From assembly GCA_002269645.1 (NCBI GenBank), contig NIVC01000179.1, forward strand, positions 62,001 to 126,000: a stretch of DNA of 64,000 nucleotides, given 5' to 3'. Every line of letters starts with the position of its first letter. Within the stretch, counting starts at the first letter, position 1. The translations under genes and the position numbers were made by a program. Below are positions 25,701-35,364 of this stretch, one piece after another. Origin of the DNA: Macrostomum lignano (lineage: Eukaryota). The notes below the pieces were generated by a model. The model made no database searches. It was given only the letters and a program-made list of their open reading frames with translations, and had not been told where the DNA came from.

Positions 25701-28700
25701 AGCCAGTGCGAGTCGGGACATGATGCAGATGCATCTCACAGATGCCAAAATGTTTGGCTAAGGCAGAAGGTGCGCTTTTAGCTCTGACACTCGCCATGGA
25801 GATCTGCCTCTCCTCAGTATCATCAACTCTCTCTTTTCCACCCTTCGGCTCTTCTGTCCCCTCTCTGTCTCCGGTGTCTCCTCTCTGTCTCTGGTGTCCC
25901 CTCTCTGTCTCTGGTGTCCCCTCTCTGTCTCTGGTGTCCCCTCTCTGTCTCTGGTGTCCCCTCTCTGTCTCTGGTGTCCCCTCTCTGTCTCTGGTGTCCC
26001 CTCTCTGTCTGTGGTGTCCCCTCTCTGTCTCCGGTGTCCCCTCTCTGTCTCTGGTGTCCCCTCTCTGTCTCTGGTGTCCCCTCTCTGTCTCTGGTGTCCC
26101 CTCTCTGTCTCTGGTGTCCCTCTCTGTCTCTGGTGTCCCTCTCTGTCTCTGGTGTCCCCTCTCTGTCTCTGGTGTCCCCTCTCTGTCTCTGGTGTCCCTC
26201 TCTGTCTCTGGTGTCCCTCTCTGTCTCTGGTGTCCCCTCTCTGTCTCTGGTGTCCCTCTCTGTCTCTGGTGTCCCCTCTCTGTCTCTGGTGTCCCCTCTC
26301 TGTCTCTGGTGTCCCCTCTCTGTCTCTGGTGTCCCCTCTCTGTCTCTGGTGTCCCCTCTCTGTCTCTGGTGTCCCCTCTCTGTCTCTGGTGTCCCCTCTC
26401 TGTCTCTGGTGTCCCCTCTCTGTCTCTGGTCTCCCCTCTCTGTCTCTGGTGTCCCCTCTCTGTCTCCGGTGTCCCCTCTCTGTCTCCGGTGTCCCCTCTG
26501 CATCTCTCTTTTTCTCCTTGCTTCGCTCTGTCTCTTTCGGGATTCCTCTTCCTTCCTATCATCCCAATGCACTTTAATGTGAGTCATCAAGCTCCCAGTG
26601 GAAAGATAAGGCCCACTATGAGGTTGGGTTGAGTCACTCCTATCGCTGGATTATAATATCCCATTGATGCCAAACAATTGAATTAATTATCGTATAGACT
26701 CTTATCCATCATGGCAACAAAAATACGAGCTACCTGTTGCTGTGAACGCGGTCCCTGACTCACAGCCCGAGAACTGAGAACTTGAGAGCTCTTTTATGGG
26801 CAGAAACTCAAAGCTCAACCCATTTATAGCATTAGCATTCTTCCCCAGCGATATGGAAAGAGGTCTAGTAGCAACGGAAGTTCACCTTGGATACGCACTA
26901 ATAAAATAGAGTCAGCCTCAGATAAAAAAGAGGTTGGGGCAAGTCTGGCCTGAGTAAAGACCGGCTCCAAGCCATTGTTTGCTCACAGTTGCAAGAGAAG
27001 TCACTCACTGACCAAACAAGTTGAAGCCTTCTATTGTTTAAATCAGTGCATTTGCAGAGGCCTGTCAAATAGTCAAACAGCCACTCCATGCTTTGCCATG
27101 CCTAATTTATGAGCCAGACAGAGACATGGCAGGCAGGCTGGGCCTGTGACGTCCCGCTCAGACAATGCCCTTTTGTACAAGCGCTAGCCGAAGTTACACA
27201 ATCGCACGCATAGTCAGACACAACATGAAAGAGGAGCGTAGTGCAGTGCTTCTTAGGCTTGAAAAGTGCTCTTTAAGTAATGAGTAAATGAAGCAATAAA
27301 AAATTAATAAGAAATCATTTTTTTTACCTGATAGTCTTTTTTTAATAACTGGTCTTTTGGGTTCACCTGGTGCAAGAAACAGGGTATTAAATAGAAAAGT
27401 TAATGCTTAAGTTATGATTTGGCTCATGGCTGCGGGGCCAGATGAGAGAGGAAAGGGGAGGGAATTGAGGAGAAAGAGATGAGGAAAAAGGAGATGAGAG
27501 AGAAGATAAAAGGAGAGAAGAGGGGAGACAGTGGAGAATAGAAAAGACAGAATAGACGAGGGAGAAAAGAGAAGAGAGAGGAGAGAAGAGAGAAGAGAGA
27601 AGAGAGAAGAGAGAAGAGAGAAGAGAGACGAGAGACGAGAGCAGAGAGAAGAGAGAAGAGAGAAGAGAGAAGAGAGAAGAGAGAAGAGAGAAGAGAGAAG
27701 AGAGAAGAGAGAAGAGAGACGAGAGACGAGAGAAGAGCGAAGAGAAAAGAGAGAAGAGAGAAGAGAGAAGAGCGAAGAGAAAAGAGAGAAGAGAGAAGAG
27801 AGAAGAGAGAAGAGAGAAGAGAAAAGAGAAAAGAGAGAAGAGAGAAGAGAGAAGAGAGAAGAGAGAAGAGAGAAGAGAGAAGAGAGAAGAGAGAAGAGAG
27901 AAGAGAGACGAGAGACGAGAGCAGAGAGAAGAGAGAAGAGAGAAGAGAGAAGAGAGAAGAGAGAAGAGAGAAGAGAGAAGAGAGAAGAGAGAAGAGAGAA
28001 GAGAGAAGAGAGAAGAGAGACGAGAGACGAGAGAAGAGCGAAGAGAAAAGAGAGAAGAGAGAAGAGAGAAGAGCGAAGAGAAAAGAGAGAAGAGAGAAGA
28101 GAGAAGAGAGAAGAGAGAAGAGAAAAGAGAAAAGAGAGAAGAGAGAAGAGAGAAGAGAGAAGAGAGAAGAGAGAAGATAGAAGATAGAGAGAAGAGAGAA
28201 GAGAGAAGAGAGAAGAGGGAAAACCAGAGGCTTTAGCACCGAGGGCTTTAGCACCGAGGGCTTTAGCACCTGGGGTTCCAGCACCGGGGGCTTTAGCACC
28301 GGGGGCTTTAGCACCGAGGGCTTTAGCACCTGGGGCTTTAGCACCAGGGGCTCCAGCACCGGGGGCTTTAGCACCGGGGGTTCCAGCACCGGGGGCTTTA
28401 GCACAGGTGGTTTTAGCACCGAGGGCTTTAGCACCTGGGGCTTTAGCACCGGGGGTTCCAGCACCGGGGGCTTTAGCACCGGGGGCTCCAGCACCGGGGG
28501 CTCCAGCAAGAGCGGCAGTGTACAAAGCGCATTGCCTACACTTCTGCCTCCCTCACCGGGGTTCTTCAGCGGCAGCAGCAGCGGCTCCGGGCCCGGGCAG
28601 GCCAGGCGCCGGTGGCTGGGCGTCGGATGGCAAGGCCCGAAGTCGCGCGGCCAGAAGGGGCCCCGGGAGTCGCGCGCCACACCAAACTGGTCCCGATAGC

Positions 28701-31599
28701 GTCCGTCCGGCTGCAGGATCAGCGGCGACCCGTCCGGCAGGCGGCCGGTGCGGACGGCCTCCCGAAATCCGTCGCGGGTGAAGTTGGCGAACAAGCGCAG
28801 CTTCTCGTCCGGCGTCAGGTCGCCGAAATGGCGCATCGCCTCGGCGCCGAGGCGGAAGGCGGGCAGCGACAGCTGCGGCGGGCGCCGGGCCAGGGTAGTC
28901 AGGTGGCGAGCCTCACTTCCCGACTCCTCGCTGTCTTCGTCCTCGTCGAAGTCAGAGTTGTCGTCGGGGAAGTCGCCAAATCGGCGACGATGGCGATGCT
29001 GGCGCGGCTGCTGCGTTGGGGCTTCGGTTGCTGCCTGTTCAGCGGCGTCGGAGGTCGCCGCAGCGGGACGTTGGGACCTGTCGGTGGCTGCGGCGGTGGC
29101 TGCTGCTGCAGCAGCCGTAGCGGCCGCCAAAGCGTGGGCGGCCTTGCGGAACTGGGCCAACTGTTCCTCCTTTTGGGCGGCGGCGCGGAGCCTCGCCAGC
29201 TCCCGGTTGCGGCGTTGCCGTTCGCCAGGCGGCGTGTCCAGCGCCTCCCGCACCCGCCGGCTGATGTCCGCCTCCAGGTCGCGGCGGAGGCGCTCGCGCC
29301 ATTCCTCGTTGCCTGGTAGATTGCGGATTTGAGCGGCTTGGTTACTAGAGCGAGGGGTTGCTAGGGCGAGAGTTGCTAGGGCGAGAGTTGCTAGGGTGAC
29401 TGGTTGCTAGGGTGACATGTTATGAGGGCGACGTGTTGTTAGGGCTACGTGTTGCTAGGGTGACGTGTTGTTAGGGCTACGTGTTGCTAGGGTGACGTGT
29501 TGCTAGGGTGACGTGTTGCTAGGGCTACGTGTTGCTAGGGTGACGTGTTGCTAGGGTGACTTGTTGCTAGGGCTACGTGTTGCTAGGGTGACGTGTTGCT
29601 AGGGTGACGTGTTGTTAGGGTGAGGAGTTTTTGAGGCTACTTGAGGTTACTTGAGCTTAGTTAGTTTGCAGGGGGCTTTGGGTACTGCCGCAAATCAAGA
29701 CGTCAGTTATCACTTGGGCGAGGAGGCTGACCCCTGAGCACGCACACGCGGATACGTACGCAGCCACACACTCGCAGGACAGGGTACACTGCCTGCTGCC
29801 TGCCTTTGTCAGGCAGTGTACATACTCTATGCCTTGGGGGTTCGGCCTTCATGGGCAAAAGTACACAGGCATCAGGTCAGCTCCAAAGCTCCAAATTAAT
29901 GTGACGGAGGACGGAATAGAACCAGGGGTCGTCGTGTGAGTGTCAGACATGAGGTTACCGGAGCATTAGGTTACCGGAGCATGAGGTTACGGGAGCATGA
30001 GGTTACCGGAGCATGAGGTTACCGGAGCATGAGGTTACCGGAGCATGAGGTTACCGGAGCATGAGGTTACCGGAGCATGAGGTTACCGGAGCATGAGGTT
30101 ACCGGAGCATGAGGTTACCGGAGCATGAGGTTACCGGAGCATGAGGTTACCGGAGCATGAGGTTACCGGAGCATGAGGTTACCGGAGCATGAGGTTACCG
30201 GAGCATGAGGTTACCGGAGCATGAGGTTACCGGAGCATGAGGTTACCGGAGCATGAGGTTACCGGAGCATGAGGTTACCGGAGCATGAGGTTACCGGAGC
30301 ATGAGGTTACCGGAGCATGAGGTTACCGGAGCATGAGGTTACCGGAGCATGAGGTTACCGGAGCATGAGGTTACCGGAGCATGAGGTTACCGGAGCATGA
30401 GGTTACCGGAGCATGAGGTTACCGGAGCATGAGGTTACCGGAGCATGAGGTTACCGGAGCATGAGGTTACCGGAGCATGAGGTTACCGGAGCATGAGGTT
30501 ACCGGAGCATGAGGTTACCGGAGCATGAGGTTACCGGAGCATGAGGTTACCGGAGCATGAGGTTACCGGAGCATGAGGTTACCGGAGCATGAGGTTACCG
30601 GAGCATGAGGTTACCGGAGCATGAGGTTACCGGAGCATGAGGTTACCGGAGCATGAGGTTACCGGAGCATGAGGTTACCGGAGCATGAGGTTACCGGAGC
30701 ATGAGGTTACCGGAGCATGAGGTTACCGGAGCATGAGGTTACCGGAGCATGAGGTTACCGGAGCATGAGGTTACCGGAGCATGAGGTTACCGGAGCATGA
30801 GGTTACCGGAACATGAGGTTACTGGAGGAGGATGTACCGGGGAATCGGTTACCGGAGAATGGGGTTACCGGGGAATCGGTTACCGGAGAATGGGGTTACC
30901 GGGGAATCGGTTACCGGAGAATGGGGTTACCGGGGAATCGGTTACCGGAGAATGGGGTTACCGGGGAATCGGTTACCGGAGAATGGGGTTACCGGGGAAT
31001 CGGTTACCGGAGAATGGGGTTACCGGGGAATCGGTTACCGGAGAATGGGGTTACCGGGGAATCGGTTACCGGAGAATGGGGTTACCGAGGAATGGGGTTA
31101 CCGGGGAATGTGATTATCGGTGGCATAAGTTACCGGGAAATGGGTTACCGGAGAATGGGTTACCGGGGAATGAGGTTACCGGAGAATGGGGTTACCGGGG
31201 AATGTGATTATCGGTGGCATAGGTTACCGGGAAATGGGTTACCGGAGAATGGGGTTACCGGGGAATGTGATTATCGGTGGCATAGGTTACCGGGAAATGG
31301 GTTACCGGAGAATAGGGTTACCGGGGAATGGGGTTACCGCGGAATGGGTTACCGGGAAATGGGTTACTGGGGAATGGGTTACCGGGGAATGGGGTTACCG
31401 GTGGCATAGGTTTACCGGGGTGGCATGGGTTACCGGATCATAGGGCTACCCAGTGCAGGTACCCGAGCCCAGGCAGAGAAAATCACTCACTCTCAATATC
31501 CACCTGCTGCCGCTTGGCGTGTCGCAGAACTTCGCCCTCCTCCGACTGCAGTCTCGGCAGCAGACGTTCGGTACGCTGCTGCTGCTTCTGGTAGCTCAT
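12911..31599 (-). CDS. AGBL2: Cytosolic carboxypeptidase 2/3-like (M14 tubulin deglutamylase), spliced gene, ~1070-1120 aa
   Basis: Exons joined by hand, GT-AG and in phase: 31599-31491, 29312-28557, 24760-24568, 20358-20046, 19898-19715, 19584-19433, 19271-18790, 18300-18086, 17878-17659, 17473-17347. These are followed either by 16439-15837 (stop) or by 15487-15359, 14332-14264, 13171-12911. Motifs [71 protein letters not shown] and FTMEATF match AGBL2/AGBL3 from recall, and the Zn ligands and catalytic Glu are intact. AGBL2 versus AGBL3 cannot be resolved. The start codon is tentative. Confidence 0.93.
13305..13635. repeat. 20-bp minisatellite (CTATTGTCATTCTGGTCACT)n
   Basis: Direct reading. 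Confidence 0.95.
13684..13776. repeat. (CT)n microsatellite
   Basis: Direct reading. Confidence 0.95.
14264..14332 (-). CDS. AGBL2: CCP gene downstream exon ([23 protein letters not shown])
   Basis: Acceptor tttcag, donor ATG|gtgagt; 23 codons, phase 0 to 0. Confidence 0.65.
14570..15302. repeat. 21-bp minisatellite (GGCACCTCTGACACYCAAAGW)n
   Basis: Direct reading; lies in CCP intron 15358-14333. Confidence 0.95.
15359..15487 (-). CDS. AGBL2: CCP gene downstream exon ([24 protein letters not shown])
   Basis: Acceptor cccgcag, donor AGG|gtgaga; 43 codons, phase 0 to 0; non-low-complexity peptide. Confidence 0.75.
15837..16439 (-). CDS. AGBL2: CCP gene alternative terminal exon (or a 48-nt exon 16439-16392 if the internal AAG|gtagct donor is used)
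   Basis: Strong acceptor tttcctttgcag in phase 0; 201-codon GC-rich open frame to TGA. Confidence 0.7.
   Translation of the reverse strand, partial: DAAEAGGSRTGSNQKKVAANVKSHYAEYFSLAQEAGNWGGADAGDPSSTCSADDRLYKRISAMYWRQPLLRRSESRAQQRLECLQPMLFTGAQAGLCSDAAARVRLPALCGGFFRQQQPQQQDFGRGLVQLTIRGSGGESVAIPCRRGVRVLSERPQLQQPPPRLPDGRVPAISQDDRRLHVLNLMDFSSLSRSSPPPPV
17347..17473 (-). CDS. AGBL2: CCP gene exon ([10 protein letters not shown] acidic tract)
   Basis: Acceptor cctcag, donor GCG|gtgagc; comparable to the SGSDSS tract of AGBL2/3. Confidence 0.85.
17659..17878 (-). CDS. AGBL2: CCP gene exon (post-catalytic)
   Basis: Acceptor aaccag, donor GA|gtgagt; phase 1 to 2. Confidence 0.85.
18086..18300 (-). 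CDS. AGBL2: CCP gene exon ([12 protein letters not shown]…)
   Basis: Acceptor ttctag, donor G|gtgaga; HF-x-EDL motif follows the catalytic domain as in AGBL2. Confidence 0.9.
18472..18768 (-). mobile_element. tRNA-derived SINE, copy 1 (inside a CCP intron)
   Basis: Minus strand: A-box TAGTGGTTAGAG, B-box GGTTCGATTCTC, central TGTGTCCTTGAGCAAGACACTTAAC…CAGCTGTAAAATGGG, 3' hairpin and A-rich end; body nearly identical to copies 2 and 3. Confidence 0.85.
18790..19271 (-). CDS. AGBL2: CCP gene exon ([10 protein letters not shown]…DLHGHS…TMEATF)
   Basis: Acceptor ccccag, donor GA|gtgagt; catalytic core. Confidence 0.95.
19433..19584 (-). CDS. AGBL2: CCP gene exon ([12 protein letters not shown], Zn ligands)
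   Basis: Acceptor ccgcag, donor AAG|gtgggg. Confidence 0.95.
19715..19898 (-). CDS. AGBL2: CCP gene exon ([22 protein letters not shown]…LLTVTDP)
   Basis: Acceptor ctccag, donor G|gtgagc. Not reported in the ORF track on this strand; read directly from the sequence. Confidence 0.95.
20046..20358 (-). CDS. AGBL2: CCP gene exon ([12 protein letters not shown]…YYQLEWQM)
   Basis: Acceptor ccgcag, donor ATG|gtgagg; phase 2 to 0. Confidence 0.95.
21924..21961 (+). promoter_or_regulatory. Candidate Kv promoter elements: TGACTCA (AP-1), TGCATGCGC (NRF1-like), CTGATTGG (inverted CCAAT)
   Basis: Three motifs within 40 bp, ~200 bp upstream of the Kv ATG; motif match only. Confidence 0.3.
22163..23524 (+). 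CDS. Intronless voltage-gated K+ channel subunit, Shaw/Kv3-like, 453 aa, nested antisense in CCP intron 24567-20359
   Basis: T1/BTB domain ([26 protein letters not shown]…ESCC), six hydrophobic segments, S4-S5 linker [13 protein letters not shown] (as in Kv3 RHFVGLRVLGHTL), pore [15 protein letters not shown]. Confidence 0.93.
   Translation: MEQTQQLQPHQQQQRPNQETMMILNMRGERMYFPKSVLNNERYTGLRQMLDENKITEWPNNESYYDLDPTVFRLLLNYYRHGNMHLPTYLCGPLLEKELQSWNVRITPDRLESCCMHTAMDSKYWKVLLDDFEKNALADPEEDELPETKKSTLHRLWPLLNQPCSSIPAIIYATLMVLCSIASAVMYTKDPPHQCSDWGHRGALTANCTLPNGSLDEAARSDFAYVICQSAFTLLFTVDLMLRALLTPNRAVFVRSPHTWNDVVSLVPLYGFLLYRMTGSRLDLRSPVGWLFELLSVALFFRVFRIIRHFMGIRVLAYTLLNGLSDLLMVVLLVFTATFLFGTIFFLMERADKENQDKVPTMFHGYYWAVITITTVGYGDITPNTVEGRVLAILCSLVGLIVVAVTVPIVSESFQRYYGHTSHLSVRGEVGKFAFKAKKSVKRAKNWLYHSGF
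23973..24408. repeat. 14-bp minisatellite (GTTAGCAACATCCG)n
   Basis: Direct reading. Confidence 0.95.
24568..24760 (-). CDS. AGBL2: CCP gene exon (…[17 protein letters not shown])
   Basis: Acceptor cttacag, donor GT|gtgagt; conserved CCP N-domain motif. Confidence 0.95.
24795..25170. repeat. 32-bp G-rich minisatellite (GGGTGTGGGTGCTGGGGAAGGGTTGGCGTGCG)n
   Basis: Direct reading. Confidence 0.95.
25853..26500. repeat. 20-bp minisatellite (CTCTCTGTCTCTGGTGTCCC)n
   Basis: Direct reading. Confidence 0.95.
27565..28215. repeat. (GAGAA)n pentamer array
   Basis: Direct reading. Confidence 0.95.
28226..28508. repeat. 15-bp minisatellite (GGCTTTAGCACCGGG)n
   Basis: Direct reading. Confidence 0.93.
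28557..29312 (-). CDS. AGBL2: CCP gene exon 2 (Ala-rich/acidic N-terminal extension, ending RDSRGPFWP...PEPLLLP)
   Basis: Acceptor ctaccag, donor G|gtgagg; 756 nt, phase 1 to 1. Confidence 0.85.
29340..29622. repeat. 16-bp minisatellite (GTTGCTAGGGTGACGT)n; monomer matches the RFX X-box consensus
   Basis: Nine exact GTTGCTAGGGTGAC copies (29387, 29403, 29451, 29483, 29499, 29531, 29547, 29579, 29595). Confidence 0.93.
29949..30812. repeat. Homogeneous 16-bp minisatellite (ATGAGGTTACCGGAGC)n
   Basis: ~54 copies, essentially invariant. Confidence 0.97.
30813..31438. repeat. 15/16-bp minisatellite with GGTTACCGG core (GGGGAATCGGTTACCGGAGAATGGGGTTACC dimer)
   Basis: Direct reading; contiguous with and related to the preceding array. 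Confidence 0.92.
31491..31599 (-). CDS. AGBL2: CCP gene probable first coding exon ([14 protein letters not shown]...VDIE)
   Basis: In-frame ATG at 31599; donor A|gtgagt (phase 1) joins cag|GC at 29312. The frame stays open upstream to 31770, so the true start could be further 5'. Confidence 0.65.
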
Positions 31600-32224
31600 T
31601 AGCGGTGCTGACTTCTGCTTGCTCTCGAGCTCTGCAATGCCTGCTGGCTGTCTACTGGTGCATGGTGGCAGCAGCGGAGCCGCTCTGGTGGGGATTGATT
31701 GAGTGCGGCGATGCGAACAGCTCAGCTCCCCATCACCCCGTATAGAACTGCACGCCAAATATGCTGGCACATGTCAAGCAGCTTGTCAACCCCCCCCCCA
31801 TAAGGCATGTTTCAGTCCAATGATGAAAGAACTGTCAGCCGATGAAAGCCCTGATAATGCTAGTAGTATAACTTTTTTGCTTGCACCTGGCTCTGCCTCT
31901 CTTCTAGTAGGCTTCTCCTCCCTTTCCTAGCAGTTTTTTTTTTCAAAATGGAGTAGAATGCCAATGGGAATAAATATTCTGCCTCCTATGCTGGGACTCC
32001 TGCGCTTGTGTTATTGGCTAGCGAACAGCATGATGGCTGGCTTCTTGACAGACGGAGTGAAAACTCTTAATAATGTTAATAAGGTTTCACAGCAACTGAC
32101 GAAGTCATGTCAGTGAGGTAAGTACGGTGATCTGAATAGAGAAAGATGACAAACAGATGGACGTCTGAACTCGGAGGGCATGGAAAGGAAGTCCAACATT
32201 GATAATTCGGGGGAAATGGGAGGG

Positions 32225-32560
32225 AAAAGAGAGACGGAGCGTGAGAGGGAGAGGGGAGAGGGAGAGTGAGAGAGGGAGGAGAGGGATAGTGAGAGAGGGA
32301 GGGGAGAGTGAGAGAGGGAGAGGGAGAGTGAGAGAGGGAGGCAGAGGGATAGGAGAGGGAGAGTGAGAGAGGGATGGGGGGAGAGGAGAGAGGGAGAGTG
32401 AGAGAGGGATGGGGGGAGAGGAGAGAGGGAGAGTGAGAGAGGGATGGGGGGAGAGGAGAGAGTGAGAGAGAACGAGAGAGAGAAGGAGAGGGAGAGTTGA
32501 GAATGAGAGAGTGAAAGGGAGAGAGAGGGAGAGAGAGTGTGAGTGAGAGGTGGAGAGTGT
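32225..32560. repeat. Purine-rich (GA/GGA) low-complexity tract
   Basis: Direct reading. Confidence 0.85.
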
Positions 32561-33419
32561 GATGGGAGCGAGGAGAAGGGGAGCACAGAGAACAAAGAGC
32601 AGCAGACCAAGAACAAAATACTCAGTCGCAAGGAGCTTCTACTCCAGCAGTTGGCAAGTCAGAGAAAGCAGAAAGCCGAAAGCAGAAAATGAAAGATAGC
32701 AGCAGTGTTGACCCAGCCGGCAGAGCTGGGGCCAACCTAGTAAAAAAAGGCAAATGAGCCTGTCACTCACCGCAGTCAATTATCAAAGTTTCGCGACTGC
32801 AAAGCACCGCCTACAAGATTTTGCTAATAAGATTTCTTGGCTAGCAGCAGCAGCCGGGCTGAGTGCACAGATTTTATTTCTTTGCTGCTGTTGCTGCTCT
32901 CTGCGGGCTGAAGAGGCCGAGCGGTCCCTGCTATGCGCAGGTCAGGAGCGCCGCAGTTTAGCTACTGAGCCAGACACGGGCTGCTTGGCCTGCCGCCGCC
33001 GCCCGCTGTTGTTGTTGGAGATTGGGGGGTGGTGGGGGCGGGGTGCTGCGCTAGCAGACTGTCTGCCCGCTGCTGCCGCCCCTCCCTCCGCCACCAGCCG
33101 CTCTCAGTTAATGGAGAAGCTTGCGCGCTCAGCCCGCTTACACAGTTGAGTTCTCTCGCCAATGCGCCGCTGCCGCTGCGCCCGCAGCCGCCTCAACTCC
33201 GCTGATGCTCACAGCAGCAGGCCCAATAGCTGCGAGCTCAGCTCAGCCACTGTCTCAAGGCTGCCAGCCCTGTCAATATGTGCGTCGCGCTGATCTTTGG
33301 CATTTCACTTCTCTGCTTTGCCACTGCTGCCGCAGCTGCCCCAGTATCCGCTGTCTACTGGCTCCATCCGCTCTCTCCCTGACTATCCGCTATTTTCCTA
33401 ACTTCCCGAATGCTTTTTC

Positions 33420-33777
33420 CCTACCCGCTATCTCTTTGACTTTGACTATCCGCTCTTTCCCTGGATATTATCCGCTCTTTACCTGCCCTTTTCCGCTCTT
33501 TACCTGCCCTTTTCCGCTCTTTACCTGCCCTTTTCCGCTCTCTCCATGGATATATCCGCTCTGATTTACCTGCCCTTTTCCGCTCTCTGCCTAGTTCTAT
33601 CCGCTCTCTCCCTAATTCTATCCGCTCTTCCTAATTTCGTCCGCTCTCTCCCTAATTCTATCCTCTCATCCTAATTTCATAAAATCTCTCACTATCCTCT
33701 CTTTCCCTAATTCTATCCACTCTCTCCCTAATTCCACCGCTCTCTCCCTAATTCTATCCGCTCTCTGTCTCTATAGC

Positions 33778-33860
<83 letters not shown>
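33420..33860. repeat. Degenerate CTATCCGCTCT-type repeats followed by (CT)n
   Basis: Direct reading. Confidence 0.8.
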
Positions 33861-33864
<4 letters not shown>

Positions 33865-34357
33865 TTCTATCCGCTCTATCCACTCTCAAAACTCTCATCT
33901 CCCCTCTTCCTTCAATTTTTTAACTCTCTAAATCATTTTTTATTTCTACGGAAACATTCTTGGCCCAGCTCAGAACCCTCACCCAAATCCTAGTCTTTCC
34001 CTGCACCTCATTACCTCTCTTGCAGCCTCTTTTCCCCATCAGGCTTAATCCCTGACCAAAACCCACCCACCCCATGATTCCCTGTCCGTCTTTGGTCTCT
34101 CCTGCCTCATCATCTTCTGCTCCCATCGCTTCTTCCCTCCCTCCTCTTCTCATCCTTTGCCTCGCTTGAGACACCTGCAATTTACGCTTAAGGGATTTTC
34201 CCTGACACAACTTGTCCATCTGGACTTTTTGCGTTGTTAATTTTTTACACTTGCGGCTAACAGTGTCGAGAGTGACTCAAGCTTTGACAATCTAGTCAGA
34301 CTCCTATTCAGTAGTATAAAAGCATTTCACTGGATTATTCTGAGCTACTGATATAAT

Positions 34358-34455
34358 AGGGGTTGGAGCCTTAGGGTTGGAGCCTTAGGGGTTGGAGCCT
34401 TAGGGGTTGGAGCCTTAGGGGTTGGAGCCTTAGGGGTTGGAGCCTTAGGGGTTAG
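34358..34455. repeat. 15/16-bp array (GGGTTGGAGCCTTAG(G))n fused to SINE copy 2
   Basis: Six units directly 5' of the SINE. Confidence 0.92.
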
Positions 34456-34707
34456 AGGTCGGGGGTTCGGTTCTCGACCCACTCGGAATAATTTGTATCC
34501 TTGAGCAAGACACTTAACTCTGCATTGCTTCAGTTCACCCAGCTGTAAAATGGGTGCCAGCATTAGCTGGGGTAATTGAGGGTGTGTGTGGCGACCCCCC
34601 AGTCCTTGGACTGAACAGCCGTACGCAGCCTTCAGATGCGCCGCGCAATAGCTGCGGCTGAGCTGTCGGTTGCACATCTGCCCATTAGGGCAGGTGAAAT
34701 AAAAAAG
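34447..34707 (+). mobile_element. tRNA-derived SINE, copy 2 (5' head partly deleted and amplified into a tandem array)
   Basis: Same body as copies 1 and 3; B-box-like GGTTCGGTTCTC retained; ends TGCCCATTAGGGCAGGTGAAATAAAAAA. Confidence 0.85.
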
Positions 34708-35364
34708 GCTACTGACGCTTATTTCTCGCGAATTGCCAAAAAGTACAAGCATCTTAAATGATAAAAAATGGTCGAAACTTCGAAGATTTGCCAGGTTCGA
34801 ACCAAGGTCGCTGCGTTTGCAGGCGAACGCATTGGTGATTTGGCTGGTACAGCTTTGATTATATAGCATCACTCTGGTTTCTCGTTGCTCCAGCAAAAAA
34901 AACGAAGTTAATACGCCAATATGCTACTAAAATTGGTTGAATAACTTAATATTTGCAAGGCTCTCCATATTTTCGTATTTAACGGAGAGAGACAATATTT
35001 GTAACAGTTGTAAAACTTTTAACAACATTGGCGCATCCGCAGATGCTATTTTCCAACCCATACTGTTTTTGTCTATAAAAAGACTCAAAATCTACTCAGA
35101 ACCTGCAGAAATGCCTTCATAAGCTTGGCGTTTATTAAGGGGGGGTGGGTGAGGTTGGTTGGTAGCTTCGCTACGCAGTGGGAAGGAGATGATTTATTAC
35201 TAAATTTAGCATCCGCGCATGCGGCCCCCCACAATAGCCCGCTGAATTATTATATTTTTATAATAAAGGCCTCATTTGGCTACTGTAACAAGTAGCCAAG
35301 TAAGATTTTAACTAGATTATTTAGAACTGCTTAGCTAATAGATTCCTGCCCAATAGGTTCGAGA

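Noticed and set aside
27407-28556. LFSLLSS / EERREKR 'transmembrane' or coiled-coil ORFs extending the 609-aa ORF
   Set aside because: These come from (GAGAA)n and the 15-bp array downstream of the real donor at 28556.
32880-33370. GC-rich island upstream of CCP exon 1
   Set aside because: Stops in the plausible frames; may be promoter or 5' UTR, but no supportable call.
34358-34455. Interstitial telomeric repeat (TTAGGG in each unit)
   Set aside because: The hexamers are not tandem; the unit is better explained as an amplified SINE head.
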